A DNA stretch of 61,671 bases from an uncultured Opitutaceae bacterium (GTDB taxonomy: Bacteria > Verrucomicrobiota > Verrucomicrobiia > Opitutales > Opitutaceae): positions 1 to 61,671 of the forward strand of contig CAZXHR010000002.1 in NCBI GenBank assembly GCA_964640465.1. Direction: 5' to 3'. The notes below the pieces were generated by a model that saw only the letters and a program-made list of their open reading frames with translations, was not told the DNA's origin and did no database searches. The stretch's first letter is position 1; each line of letters starts with the position of its first letter. Positions 46,450-58,012 of this stretch are shown piece by piece. Position numbers and translations under genes: made by a program.

Positions 46450-47227
46450 GAGCGCGTGTGCCGCTATGATCGGCGTGGGGTAAGGTGAATACGAGCCTTT
46501 GCGGACGGGATTGCGAGGTGGTAGTGGGCGTATTGCATCCGAATGCAACCTGTTCGCTGGGGCACTTACGTAATGCTAGCATACTACTGCCGGTGCAAGT
46601 CGTGATTTGTCTGGGGGTATCCCCGAGGGCCCAATGCAAGCTGGACTAGGGGCTATGGACTCCGGCCACTTGTGAATCGAGACCAGGTGACAAAAAAGTA
46701 CGAATAAACAATGCATCGGCTTGTGCACGGCTGACCCTTTCGAGAGGTCGACTGCGCAAGGCGGGGCTAAGGCGAGTCGCCTGTGCGATGATTATCCTGC
46801 ATGCGGTGCATCGATCAGTGCGCTGTATCCAGCGACTAGGCGCCCTTTTCACGGCCGGACACCGACTGCATCGATCCGCGTGAGGTGGCTCTCTGGGAGA
46901 CGGAGAATGGCGGCTGGAACGACGTTCGCGACGACAGTTGAACCGAGGAGGACAATACGCACTGAGACGTTCGCCGGCGATCTACCGGAAATACCTTTCT
47001 ATGCCGAAGGCGGTCGTCGAGGGCGGGAATTAGAGCGTGGAGTTCACTGTCTCGCTGCGCGACGGCAGCATCGAGCGGTGGACCGTCGAGGGCGGACAAG
47101 AAGTTGGGAGCTAGAAGCTAGGAGATAAAAGCCTGGCGGACGGAGGCTGACGTTCGGCGCTCCGCTCCGGCGGCGCGGGTTCGCCTCCAAACTTCCGGAT
47201 TCCAGCTCCTAGCTTCTACCAGTACCT

Positions 47228-47335
47228 CGCGCTCAACTGGAGAAGCCCGGCACGGTTATGGCGGCGTTTGCGGTCGAGTCGGGCGGTGGGATCGCAATGG
47301 GCGCCGTGTTAAGGTTAAGCAGTGATCCCTTCGAC
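47228..47335 (+). repeat. direct repeat copy A (about 110 bp), flanking the vat-RAYT module
   Basis: Hand-aligned to 49096-49206 (cgcgctcaactggagaagcccggcacggt...gggcgcc.tgt.aa.gttaag...cccttc). It includes the last codons of vat. Confidence 0.7.
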
Positions 47336-47971
47336 CCCGTCTTCGGGAATCGGATCGCCGGGCAACACGCCTTTCATCAGCGCCGGCAGCAGCGAGCGGA
47401 CTTCCTCCGGCGGCAGATCCCACCACCTGAGGCGAAGGAGCCGCTGGACCGTCTCCGGCGCGAAACGTTCGCGGATCCTCCGCGCCGGCACGCCGCCGAC
47501 GGTGGTGTACGGCGGCACATCCTTCGTCACGACCGCGCGCGCGCCGATGATGGCGCCATCGCCGATGTGGACGCCGGAGAGGATCACCGCCTCGTAGCCG
47601 ATCCACACGTCGTTGCCGACGACGATGTCGCCCTTGTTGTCCCAGGCCTCGGTGATCGTCGCCGGATCGAGCCCCCATTCGGCGAAGAAGATCGGGAAGG
47701 GGTAGGTCGAGAGCGACTTGGCGGTGTGGTTGGCGGAGGTGAAGAGGAACTTCGCGCCGCAGGCGATGGAACAATACTTGCCGATCACCAGGCGATCGCG
47801 GTTGATCGGGTAGTGGTAGAGGACGTTGTTGCGGGCGAAATCCTTCGGGTCGCGGACAAAGTCGTTGTACATCGTGAAGTCGCCGACCTCGATGTTCGGA
47901 TCTTTGACGACGTTCCGCAGATAGACGGTCTGAGTGTCGTTTGGGGCGAAATAGGGGGTCAAACTTTGCAC
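47315..47971 (-). CDS. Vat/XAT-family hexapeptide-repeat xenobiotic (streptogramin A/chloramphenicol-type) O-acetyltransferase
   Basis: 218 aa. [22 protein letters not shown]...[35 protein letters not shown]...[12 protein letters not shown] is the typical XAT pattern. The GTG start lies inside the left inverted repeat. Confidence 0.8.
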   Translation of the reverse strand: MQSLTPYFAPNDTQTVYLRNVVKDPNIEVGDFTMYNDFVRDPKDFARNNVLYHYPINRDRLVIGKYCSIACGAKFLFTSANHTAKSLSTYPFPIFFAEWGLDPATITEAWDNKGDIVVGNDVWIGYEAVILSGVHIGDGAIIGARAVVTKDVPPYTTVGGVPARRIRERFAPETVQRLLRLRWWDLPPEEVRSLLPALMKGVLPGDPIPEDGVEGITA

Positions 47972-47977
47972 TTTGCA
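47950..47977. repeat. left 28-bp inverted repeat of the RAYT unit
   Basis: aatagggggtcaaactttgcactttgca is the reverse complement of 48969-48996. It encodes the RAYT C-terminus and stop, and the vat start, in two different frames. Confidence 0.85.
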
Positions 47978-48933
47978 ATGCGCGCGACGTAGGGCTGGTA
48001 CGCATCGGGGGCTGTGCGGCAGTCGGTGACGAGGCGGCTGAGGCGAAACGGACTGCCCATGTTGAGCCGCTCAGCGAGCCAAGGATTGCCCGCGGTGGTC
48101 GACGACTTCATCGCACTGGCGACCGCCACCTTCCATGGGCTTCCTTTCGGTGCGTCGGTGATGTCCTTGGGCGATTTGCTGATCGCCGTTAGCAATCCTG
48201 TCAGTGTCTCGGTCCAGTGGGCCTCACGCGCATCGCGGGCGCTTTGATCTTTCCGTTCCAGTGCGCTTTCGAGGTCTTTGTGCTCCTTGATCAACTCTTT
48301 GCGGAACGCCACCGTACCGACTGCCCAGTCTTTCGACATTCGCTCGAAGGCGAAGGCTTTCTTGGCTTCATCGTCGAGGTGGAGCCAGTCGAGGTAGGCG
48401 AGGTAACGCTTTCTGCCGGCGGGAGTGTCCTTGAGGCCACCGGCGTGTTCCAATGCTTCGCCGACCGACAGCCATGCCGGACGCGGACAGTTGCGAGTGA
48501 GGGCCTGCATGCTCGACCAAGGATAGGAGGGGAGGGCGCCGACCTCGACCAGACGGGCTCGCACCGGGTTGAGATGGATGTAGTGGCAGACCGCGCCGAC
48601 GGCGTCGGGTTCGACCGGCAGGGCCTTGTAGCGCCCTTGGAAGACATGCCCCTGTTCGCCGCGAAATCGGTTGAAGCGCACGGAGAACGTGGCCTGTAGC
48701 CAACGCATGCCGTCGACGAGGTTGGGTTGCGGCGTGCGCAGGCACAGATGGTAGTGGTTCGACATCACGCACCAGGCGTGGATCAGCCAACCGGACTTGG
48801 TGCAGGCTTCGTCAAGGCAGTGGAGGAACGCCGCCTTGGTGGAGTCGGCGGCGAAGACATCGGCCCGGTAGTTGCCACGAACGATGACATGGTAGACCGC
48901 CTCCTCCGCCTCGATCCGTAGTTTGCGCGCCAT
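47959..48933 (-). CDS. REP-associated tyrosine transposase (RAYT; IS200/Y1 HUH family) with a C-terminal extension
   Basis: HUH motif SNHYHLCL and the catalytic-Tyr region [15 protein letters not shown], within 324 aa. Confidence 0.8.
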   Translation of the reverse strand: MARKLRIEAEEAVYHVIVRGNYRADVFAADSTKAAFLHCLDEACTKSGWLIHAWCVMSNHYHLCLRTPQPNLVDGMRWLQATFSVRFNRFRGEQGHVFQGRYKALPVEPDAVGAVCHYIHLNPVRARLVEVGALPSYPWSSMQALTRNCPRPAWLSVGEALEHAGGLKDTPAGRKRYLAYLDWLHLDDEAKKAFAFERMSKDWAVGTVAFRKELIKEHKDLESALERKDQSARDAREAHWTETLTGLLTAISKSPKDITDAPKGSPWKVAVASAMKSSTTAGNPWLAERLNMGSPFRLSRLVTDCRTAPDAYQPYVARIAKCKV

Positions 48934-48968
48934 GGACGCAACGAGTGCGGATCAGGCGGATTCGCGAG

Positions 48969-48996
48969 TGCAAAGTGCAAAGTTTGACCCCCTATT
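48969..48996. repeat. right 28-bp inverted repeat of the RAYT unit
   Basis: tgcaaagtgcaaagtttgaccccctatt, located 36 nt upstream of the RAYT start. Confidence 0.85.
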
Positions 48997-49095
48997 CCGG
49001 CCTCATAACTAACCAACCCGTCCCCGCTGTCTCACGTTCGGGGTCCACCTCACGGCGAGGGAACCGTCTTCCCGTTTTCCATTGGCCGCCTCGAT

Positions 49096-49206
49096 CGCGC
49101 TCAACTGGAGAAGCCCGGCACGGTGATGGAGGCGTTCGTGGTCGAGTAGGGGACGGAGGGATGGCGGTTGGGCGCCTTGTCAAAAGTTAAGACGTGACCC
49201 CTTCAG
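49096..49206 (+). repeat. direct repeat copy B
   Basis: See copy A at 47228-47335. Confidence 0.7.
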
Positions 49207-49239
49207 TCCGCTCTCGCTCTTGTCTCCTTCCTAACGACG

Positions 49240-49297
49240 TCGTTCGTGGTCGAGCAGGGGCGGCGGGTTTGATTGGGCGCCGTGTCAGAAGTCGTGA
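49240..49297 (+). repeat. partial third copy (C) of the same repeat
   Basis: gcgttcgtggtcgag.aggggc.g..ggg....ttgggcgcc.tgtca.aagt aligns to 49130-49197. Confidence 0.5.
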
Positions 49298-49345
49298 CAT
49301 GAACTATCAATCCAGCCTTGAAAAACAACGATCTGCGTACGTAGA

Positions 49346-50302
49346 GTGATCCCGATGCCCCACTTCTTTTGCATACACTGTGGTCAGCATCTCGAGATTG
49401 CTGAGTCAGCAGATGGCCGAGAGTTTGAGTGCCCCTCCTGCAAGGGGATCGTTGTCGCACCAAGCCATGTTATCAGGCCTTTAGGCGCGGCCATACCTGA
49501 CTCAGCCCCTGTGGAACCGGAAGATGCGGTTCCGGAATCGGAATGCGAAGTCGGCGATGCATGCGACCTGAGCAGTGTGGGTTTTAGTGTTCGTCTTCGC
49601 GCATATGCCATCGACCATATGCTGATTGTGATTGTGAGCCAGCTGCTTAGCATTCCGCTGTTCTACTTGATATACAAGGCAGGCGTTCCCGAATCTGGAG
49701 CAACGGGTCGAACTGGCTTGTTGTTCTGCTCACTGGGGTTTGTGCTGATAGCGTGGCTCTACTATTCTATTATGGAGTCTTCAAGGTATCAGGCGACACT
49801 CGGTAAACTATTCCTTGGACTTGTGGTTGTTGGGGCGGATGGTGAGCGAGTGTCTTTTAGGCGCGCGTCGGCTCGTTTCTGGACAGTAGCTCTATTCTAT
49901 CTTCCGCTGCTGGTATTTCTAGCGGATACCAATGTGCTATCGGTCTTGGCTTGGTTTGGAGTGAAGTTTATTTTCGCAATCTTTATAGACATTTCCAAAG
50001 AACAGCGCGCGCTAAACGACACATTATGTTCGTGTTGGGTTTTCCGACGGTCGCCGAGTGTAGCTCGACTCAGGACATGTTCGCCTGTATTGGCGGGGCT
50101 GTTTGTTGGTGCAATTACTTGGCTATTTTTTCTGCTTCAGCTAATCGGAAGTGGCGATTTTCAAGAACGAATGCCTTTCGCGCAGAGAGTTGTTGCTGCT
50201 GGATCGGCCGCCCTAATCTTGGCGCTTCCTATTTGTGTTATCGTGGCGCTAGTTCGCTATTTTGGCCGGCAAAGCGGGCGCAAGGCAGTCGATCTTCCTT
50301 GA
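49346..50302 (+). CDS. zinc-ribbon plus RDD-domain membrane protein
   Basis: N-terminal CxxC...CxxC (FFCIHCGQHL...ECPSCKG), then an RDD-like polytopic region (RLRAYAIDHMLIV...). The gene looks AT-richer. Confidence 0.6.
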   Translation: MIPMPHFFCIHCGQHLEIAESADGREFECPSCKGIVVAPSHVIRPLGAAIPDSAPVEPEDAVPESECEVGDACDLSSVGFSVRLRAYAIDHMLIVIVSQLLSIPLFYLIYKAGVPESGATGRTGLLFCSLGFVLIAWLYYSIMESSRYQATLGKLFLGLVVVGADGERVSFRRASARFWTVALFYLPLLVFLADTNVLSVLAWFGVKFIFAIFIDISKEQRALNDTLCSCWVFRRSPSVARLRTCSPVLAGLFVGAITWLFFLLQLIGSGDFQERMPFAQRVVAAGSAALILALPICVIVALVRYFGRQSGRKAVDLP

Positions 50303-50464
50303 GAGATCTGCTCGATAGGCGCTGTACTGCTTGGGAAGCCGCATGGCATACTGGCACCCGCGCTAATGATCAGGACTGTTTCTTGAGATACCGTCTGTAT
50401 AGGCGTCTTTAAATGCTATGGACGTCGTTGATTGAAATCCCGTTTGTTGTGTTCGGCGGCGATT

Positions 50465-51187
50465 CTATGGCGGTGGTGATACCAACGGGAGAGTAGCCGG
50501 ATCAACGAGCTTGAGATGCAGATATGGTATGGGTGAGTTCAATCGGGCGAAGAACTCTTCGGAGAACCTTCTGGCGGAAACGTACGCCCAGTTGACTGCC
50601 TCCACGCAGAGGCATGAATCGGGAAATCCAGCTCTGGGGTTCTCTCCCGTGAAGTATTTGCTGAGCTCCTGCGCCAGCTTTTGAGGGTGATGCGTCCCTC
50701 TGGGATCAAGCTGAAGAACCGGATCGTAGTGGACCAGTTCGTTTCGAAAGAATGTGAGTTTCCTCGCTGGCGTTTCTGTTGATTTGGCCAGCTCCTGGCG
50801 TTCGAGGGTGCTGAGAACGAACTTGTATTTGTCTATGCAGTTCCACCTATCGGCGTTGCGCTCGTAGAGCCGAGCTTGAAGCGCTGAGAACAATCGCTCG
50901 CGCTGTGCGATATCGGGAATCTCGATCTGCCGTTGATGAACGTCGAACAGTGTTTCGTTGATCTGCGCTTCAAGGAAGGCGACGGCGATAAATATGCTAG
51001 CCGTAACTGTGCCGTGGTATGCGCAGGATTTTCGTGTATCAAGGCGATTGGAGAGATGTTGAATACGAAGATCGGGCAGTACCTCGATGAAGTAGGACAG
51101 TGTCTGCAGATGACTGAGTGATAGCATGTGCAGGTAGAAACCATCGAAGGTGATGGATACAGCGTCTTGTATTTCGCCCTTTGGCAT
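50465..51187 (-). CDS. HEPN-like hypothetical protein (Rx4H motif)
   Basis: 240 aa from the ATG at 51187. The ORF-track entry 50465-52384 is a chimera with clpB antisense. The protein is all-helical in character, with AFLEAQINETL and FFRNELVHY (R-x4-H). The gene looks AT-richer. Confidence 0.5.
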   Translation of the reverse strand: MPKGEIQDAVSITFDGFYLHMLSLSHLQTLSYFIEVLPDLRIQHLSNRLDTRKSCAYHGTVTASIFIAVAFLEAQINETLFDVHQRQIEIPDIAQRERLFSALQARLYERNADRWNCIDKYKFVLSTLERQELAKSTETPARKLTFFRNELVHYDPVLQLDPRGTHHPQKLAQELSKYFTGENPRAGFPDSCLCVEAVNWAYVSARRFSEEFFARLNSPIPYLHLKLVDPATLPLVSPPP

Positions 51188-51192
51188 ATCGA

Positions 51193-53790
<2,598 letters not shown>

Positions 53791-53847
53791 GGGAATGCGT
53801 GGTTGAGCGAAAGACTGGGAGCCGGCGGGTGGCTGGCTGAATGGATC

Positions 53848-53874
53848 GTATAGGACGTATGGGACCTATAGGAC
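53848..53874 (-). promoter_or_regulatory. three tandem 9-mers (G/C)TAT(A/G)GGAC upstream of clpB
   Basis: gtataggac gtatgggac ctataggac, read directly, 58-84 nt upstream of the clpB start codon. Confidence 0.3.
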
Positions 53875-53904
53875 TTTGGATAAGGTGACGCGGGCGGCGC
53901 GAAA

Positions 53905-53935
53905 GCGGCTCACCGGGGCCGGTTCGCCCTGCCTA
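53905..53935. repeat. GC-rich interspersed repeat with a CCTAC head, copy 2
   Basis: About 28 of 30 nt match 3226-3256. The TAG in its head is the stop codon of the J-protein gene. Confidence 0.6.
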
Positions 53936-54895
53936 CTCGCGCGGGTTGAACTGGCTGGTTTCGGAGAGTTTTTCCCAGAGGGCGCGTTCGGCGGCGGGCG
54001 GGTCCTCGGGAACTTGGACACGGATGATCACATGGAGATCGCCGCGCTGGCCGTGCTCGTTGTGGAGGCCGAGGCCGTTGAGGCGGAGCTGCTGCCCTCC
54101 CTGCGTGCCGGGCTTGATGCGGAGGTTCACTTTGCCGTCGAGCGTCTGCAGCGGGATGGTGGCGCCGAGGACAGCTTCCCACGGAGCGAGCTCGAGATCG
54201 TAGAAGAGATCGTCGCCCTCGCGGCGGAACTCCGGGTGCTGGAGGAAACGGACGTTGAGGAAGAGGTCGCCGCCGTTGCCTTGGCCGGCGAGGCGGATCT
54301 TCTGACCCTCGCGGATGCCGGCGGGGATCTTGATGTTGTAGGTCTGAACGGCGGGCGCGCCGGTGGCGGGATCGGTGCGCTTGTAGGAGATCTGGCGATG
54401 CGAGCCCTTGACCGCCTCCTCAAGGGTGATGCGGATGTCGGCCTCGACATCGCCGGAGGGGCGGCGGGATTTGCCGCGTGGGCTGCCGCGGCCGGTTCCT
54501 CCGGTGGAGAATCCGCGGCCGAAGAACTGCTCGAAGAAATCGCTGAAGCCGGCGCCACCGAAGGCGTCTTCGAAATCCTGGGGTGAGCCCTGCTGCTGTT
54601 GCCAGCCGCCGCCGAAGGGGCCGCCACTGAAACCGCCACCGCGGCTATACTGCGGCTGGTCCCAGTTGGCACCGAGCTCGTCGTAGCGTTTGCGTTTCTC
54701 GGGGTCGCCGAGGACCTCGTAGGCCTCGTTGATCTCCTTGAATTTGACCTCCATCGCGGCCTTGCGGGTGGCGGTGGGCGCGCGGTCGGGATGGTATTCG
54801 CGGGCGAGCCGGCGGAACGCCTTCTTGATCTCCTCGGGTGTGGCGGTGCGGGCGACGCCGAGGGTCTGGTAGTAGTCTTTGAAGGCGGAGGGCAT
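53933..54895 (-). CDS. J-domain co-chaperone without a zinc finger (CbpA/DnaJ class II type)
   Basis: DYYQTLGV...EIKKAFRRLAREYHPD J-domain, a G/F-rich linker and C-terminal substrate-binding domains. It has no CxxCxGxG repeats. Confidence 0.85.
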   Translation of the reverse strand: MPSAFKDYYQTLGVARTATPEEIKKAFRRLAREYHPDRAPTATRKAAMEVKFKEINEAYEVLGDPEKRKRYDELGANWDQPQYSRGGGFSGGPFGGGWQQQQGSPQDFEDAFGGAGFSDFFEQFFGRGFSTGGTGRGSPRGKSRRPSGDVEADIRITLEEAVKGSHRQISYKRTDPATGAPAVQTYNIKIPAGIREGQKIRLAGQGNGGDLFLNVRFLQHPEFRREGDDLFYDLELAPWEAVLGATIPLQTLDGKVNLRIKPGTQGGQQLRLNGLGLHNEHGQRGDLHVIIRVQVPEDPPAAERALWEKLSETSQFNPRE

Positions 54896-54929
54896 GGGAT
54901 GAAGTTTCGGCGCGTGGCGCGCCGAAACT

Positions 54930-55520
54930 TTAGTGCTGATTCACGACGACTTGGGCGTAGCGGAGGACCTGGTCGCCCTTGATGTAGCCTTCGCGATAGA
55001 CCTGCACGACGGTGTTGTCGGGCTTGCCCTCGATCTTCTGCATCGAGACGGCTTCGTGACGGTGCGGGTCGAAGGGTTGGTCGAGGCTCGGGATCTTCTC
55101 GACGCCGTTTTCGCGGAGGAGCTGGTAGAACTTTTCGAGCGTCATGCGGACGCCGGCGGTGAGGTGATCGACGGTCTCCTTGTCGGCGGGCGTGGTGAGC
55201 GCCATCTCCAGATTGTCGGCGATGGAGAGGGCCTGTTGGATGAAGTCGATCTTCTTGGCCTCGGCGGTGCGCTGGGCGTCGGAGGTGATGCGGCGGCGGG
55301 TGTTCTCGAAGTCAGCGACCTTGCGCAGGAACTTGTCGCGCTCGTCGGCGAGGGCGGCCTCGGCTTGCTGCGCGCGGGCCTCGAGCTCGGCGATGCGCTG
55401 CTGCTCGGGCGAGAGCGGCGCGGCGCCTTCGGCGGCCGGATGAGGCGTGGCGGTGGCCTGCTCGGGGGCGGGCGGCGGCGTGGATTCGGGAGCGGGAGGA
55501 GTGGCGGAGGCTTCGGGCAT
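54930..55520 (-). CDS. grpE: nucleotide exchange factor GrpE
   Basis: 196 aa: a coiled N-terminal half, then KFLRKVADFENTRRR...FDPHRHEAV.... Confidence 0.9.
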   Translation of the reverse strand: MPEASATPPAPESTPPPAPEQATATPHPAAEGAAPLSPEQQRIAELEARAQQAEAALADERDKFLRKVADFENTRRRITSDAQRTAEAKKIDFIQQALSIADNLEMALTTPADKETVDHLTAGVRMTLEKFYQLLRENGVEKIPSLDQPFDPHRHEAVSMQKIEGKPDNTVVQVYREGYIKGDQVLRYAQVVVNQH

Positions 55521-55663
55521 GACGGAAAGGGAGGAAGAAGGACGGCGAACGGATGGCAGACGGCGGACGACGGAGGACGGATGACAGAAGGAAACGAAGA
55601 GAAGGAAGACCGGAGAGGCGGAATGGAGCTATCGCGGATTCAGGAAACCAGGAACGGAATCTC

Positions 55664-55726
55664 ACCACAGAGGGCACAGAGGAATCGGAGTTCGGAACTC
55701 TCCCGGTTCTCTGTGTGCTCTGTGGT
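55664..55726. repeat. long imperfect hairpin (stem of about 20 bp) directly 3' of htpG, REP-like or terminator-like
   Basis: ACCACAGAGGGCACAGAGGA pairs with TTCTCTGTGTGCTCTGTGGT, with one mismatch and two G-U pairs. No clear T-tract. Confidence 0.55.
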
Positions 55727-55734
55727 TCAATCTG

Positions 55735-57588
55735 TCACTTGGCGGCCATTTCGAGGATTTTGTTGAGGCGGGAGACGAAGTTGCGCGGCTCCTCGACGAT
55801 GCCGGCGGCGAGCAGGGCGTTCTCGTAGAGCTGCTCGGCGATGAGCGAGGCGCGGTCGGCGTCGCTGGTGGAGAGCTTGTAGAGGCTCTTGATGAGCGGG
55901 TGGCGCGGGTTGATCTCGAGATCCATCTTGGCGGGGGTCTCGGCCTCGTCGGGCTTCATGGCGCGCATGATGCGACGCATGGCGGGCGAGAGGAACTTGT
56001 CGGAGTTGAGGGCGACGACTGGGCTGTCGACGAGGCGCTTGCCCGCCTCGACCTTGCCGACCTTGGCTTCGCCGAGCTTGTCCTTGAGCCATCCGCACAG
56101 GGTCTTGACCTCGGCCTCGGGAAGCGGCTCGCCGGCGGTGGCGGGCGCATCGCCCAGGTCGAGATCGGCGGTGTCGGCGGAGACGAGGCGCTTGCTCTCG
56201 AACGTGGAGAGGTGGTTCATCACGAACTCGTCGATGGGCTCGTAGACGATGCGAACCGCGAAGTTGCGGGACTTGAAGGCCTCGAGCTACGGGCCGGACT
56301 CCAGCGCGGCGCGGTTGAGGGCGTGGAGGTAATAGATCTCCTTCTGCGCCTCGGGCATGCGCTTCACGTACTCGGCGAGCGAGGTGGTCTTGCCCTTCTC
56401 GGTGAGCGAGGACTCATAGCGGAGGAGCTTGGCGAGCTGCTCGCGGTGTGTGTAGTCGGCGGTGACGCCTTCCTTCAGGAAGATGCCGAACTGCTTGTAG
56501 AAGTCGGCGTAGGCGTCGGCGTTCTTCTCGGCCTCCTCCTCGAGGAACTTCAGGTAGCGCTTGGTGATGACGCGGTTGAGCTTCTGCACGAGCGCGCTGT
56601 CCTGCATGGACTCGCGGGAGATGTTCAGCGGGAGGTCGGCGGAATCGACGACGCCCTTGAGGAAGCGCAGCCACTCGGGGAGCAAGCCCTCGGGCTTGGC
56701 GTCGATGAGGACGTTCTTGCAGTAGAGCGAGACGCCGGGGTCCATGCGGCCGAAGCCGAAGCGCTCCTGGTTCTCCTTCGGCGTGAAGAGGAGGGCGTTG
56801 ATGGTGAGCGGGGCGTCGGCGCTGAAATGGAGGCGGTTGCGCGGTTCGTCCCAGGCCTTGGCCTGGAACTTGTAGAACTCGGTGTATTCCTCGTCCTTGA
56901 TCGTCGACTTCGCGCGGAGCCAGAGGGCCTCGATCTTGTTGACCTTCTCGCCGTTGAGATTGACCGGGAAGGGGACGAACGAGGAGTAGTGCTCGAGGAT
57001 GCGTTTCACCTCGGAGGCCTGGGCGAACTGCTTCTGGTCGTCCTTGAGGGTGACGACGATCTTGCAGCCGCGCTTCTGGTCGGCGGTGGCGTCGATCTCG
57101 TAGTCGCCGGAGCCGTCGGAGGACCAGACGAGGTGTTCGTCGGTCGGGCGCCAGGAGTGGGTGTAGACGCGGACTTCCTTGGCCGGCATGAAGGCGGAGT
57201 AGAAGCCGACGCCGAACTGACCGATGAGATTGGTGGAGGAGGCGTCTCCCTTCTCCTTGAGGGCGGAGAGAAAGGCCTTGGTGCCTGAGTGGGCGATGGT
57301 GCCGAGGTTTTCGACGAGCTCGGTGCGGCTCATGCCGATACCGTGGTCCTGGAAGGTGATTGTTCCGGCCTTGTCGTCGGTGGTGATGTTGATCTCGAGC
57401 GGGAGGTCGGGCTCGAAGATGTCCTTTTCGACGATCTTGAGGTGGCGGAGCTTTTCGAGGGCGTCGCTCGCGTTGGAGACCAGCTCGCGGATGAAGATCT
57501 CGCGGTCGGTGTAGCGCGAGTGGATGACGAGCTCGAGGAGCTGCGTACCTTCGGCCGGGAAGACGTGTTTTTCGGCGGGAGCGGACAT
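55735..57588 (-). pseudogene. htpG: htpG (Hsp90) interrupted by a single in-frame TAG
   Basis: ORFs 56287-57588 and 55735-56223 are one reading frame. Translation across the junction reads [31 protein letters not shown]. The TAG (plus-strand cta at 56287-56289) sits where Hsp90 proteins usually have an aromatic or His residue (SP[YH]LE). Confidence 0.8.
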
Positions 57589-57838
57589 GGTCGGGAGGAC
57601 GGGTTGGTTTGTTATGAAAGGGTGAGAAACGACTCTCGGAAACGGCGCGAGCGCACCGGACCGGGCGGAGGTTTTGCAGAAGGTGTGCCGTGCGGTGCAG
57701 TGCGGCGCTCTCCTCTGAAAACGCAGGCCGTCAACCAAGCGCGCGCGGTGGGGGCGTGTCAACGTGGCACGTCGGTGGCGCAGTGGGCGGGCGGAGGTGA
57801 CACGGTGGAGGGCGGAGCTGGGCTCGATGGGCTGAGCT

Positions 57839-57866
57839 GTGGCGCCGTTCGCGAGAACGGCGATGG
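57839..57866. repeat. 28-nt palindromic repeat (core GCCGTTCGCGAGAACGGC), copy 1
   Basis: 26 of 28 nt are identical to 61643-61670. Intergenic. Confidence 0.7.
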
Positions 57867-57940
57867 CCGCGCGCCGTCTGCGCCTAGGTAGAGCTGCTCG
57901 CGTGAGCAGTTCCACATTCCGGAACCGGCTGCAGCCGGGC

Positions 57941-57982
57941 CAACAAAACGGCCGGTGGCTCACTGGGCGCACACCGGCCGTT
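57941..57982 (-). terminator. rho-independent terminator of trpB2
   Basis: Minus strand reads AACGGCCGGTG-loop-CACCGGCCGTT followed by TTTGTTGG. Confidence 0.6.
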
Positions 57983-58012
57983 GTCGGGTTTGCGGGGAAA
58001 ATGCGATGCGGC

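Noticed and set aside
46646-47128. Small ORFs (68 aa minus strand, 135 aa plus strand) in the 0.8 kb gap between the pilin triad and vat.
   Set aside because: They have no motifs and Arg-rich, odd composition, and they overlap each other on opposite strands. The region looks like decayed or non-coding DNA, so they are not called as genes.
56287-56289. The TAG in htpG read as pyrrolysine, tempting because corrinoid methyltransferase genes are present in the window.
   Set aside because: No pylTSBCD genes are visible. The methyltransferases here are URO-D-family, not the amber-containing MtmB/MtbB/MttB types. The position in Hsp90 corresponds to an ordinary conserved residue, so a nonsense mutation or sequencing error is far more likely.
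57589-58012. A sigma-32-type promoter or CIRCE operator upstream of htpG, with the same question for grpE and clpB.
   Set aside because: A GTTGACA...CCCCCA arrangement is present on the minus strand, but its spacing does not fit the sigma-32 consensus. No CIRCE inverted repeat was found.
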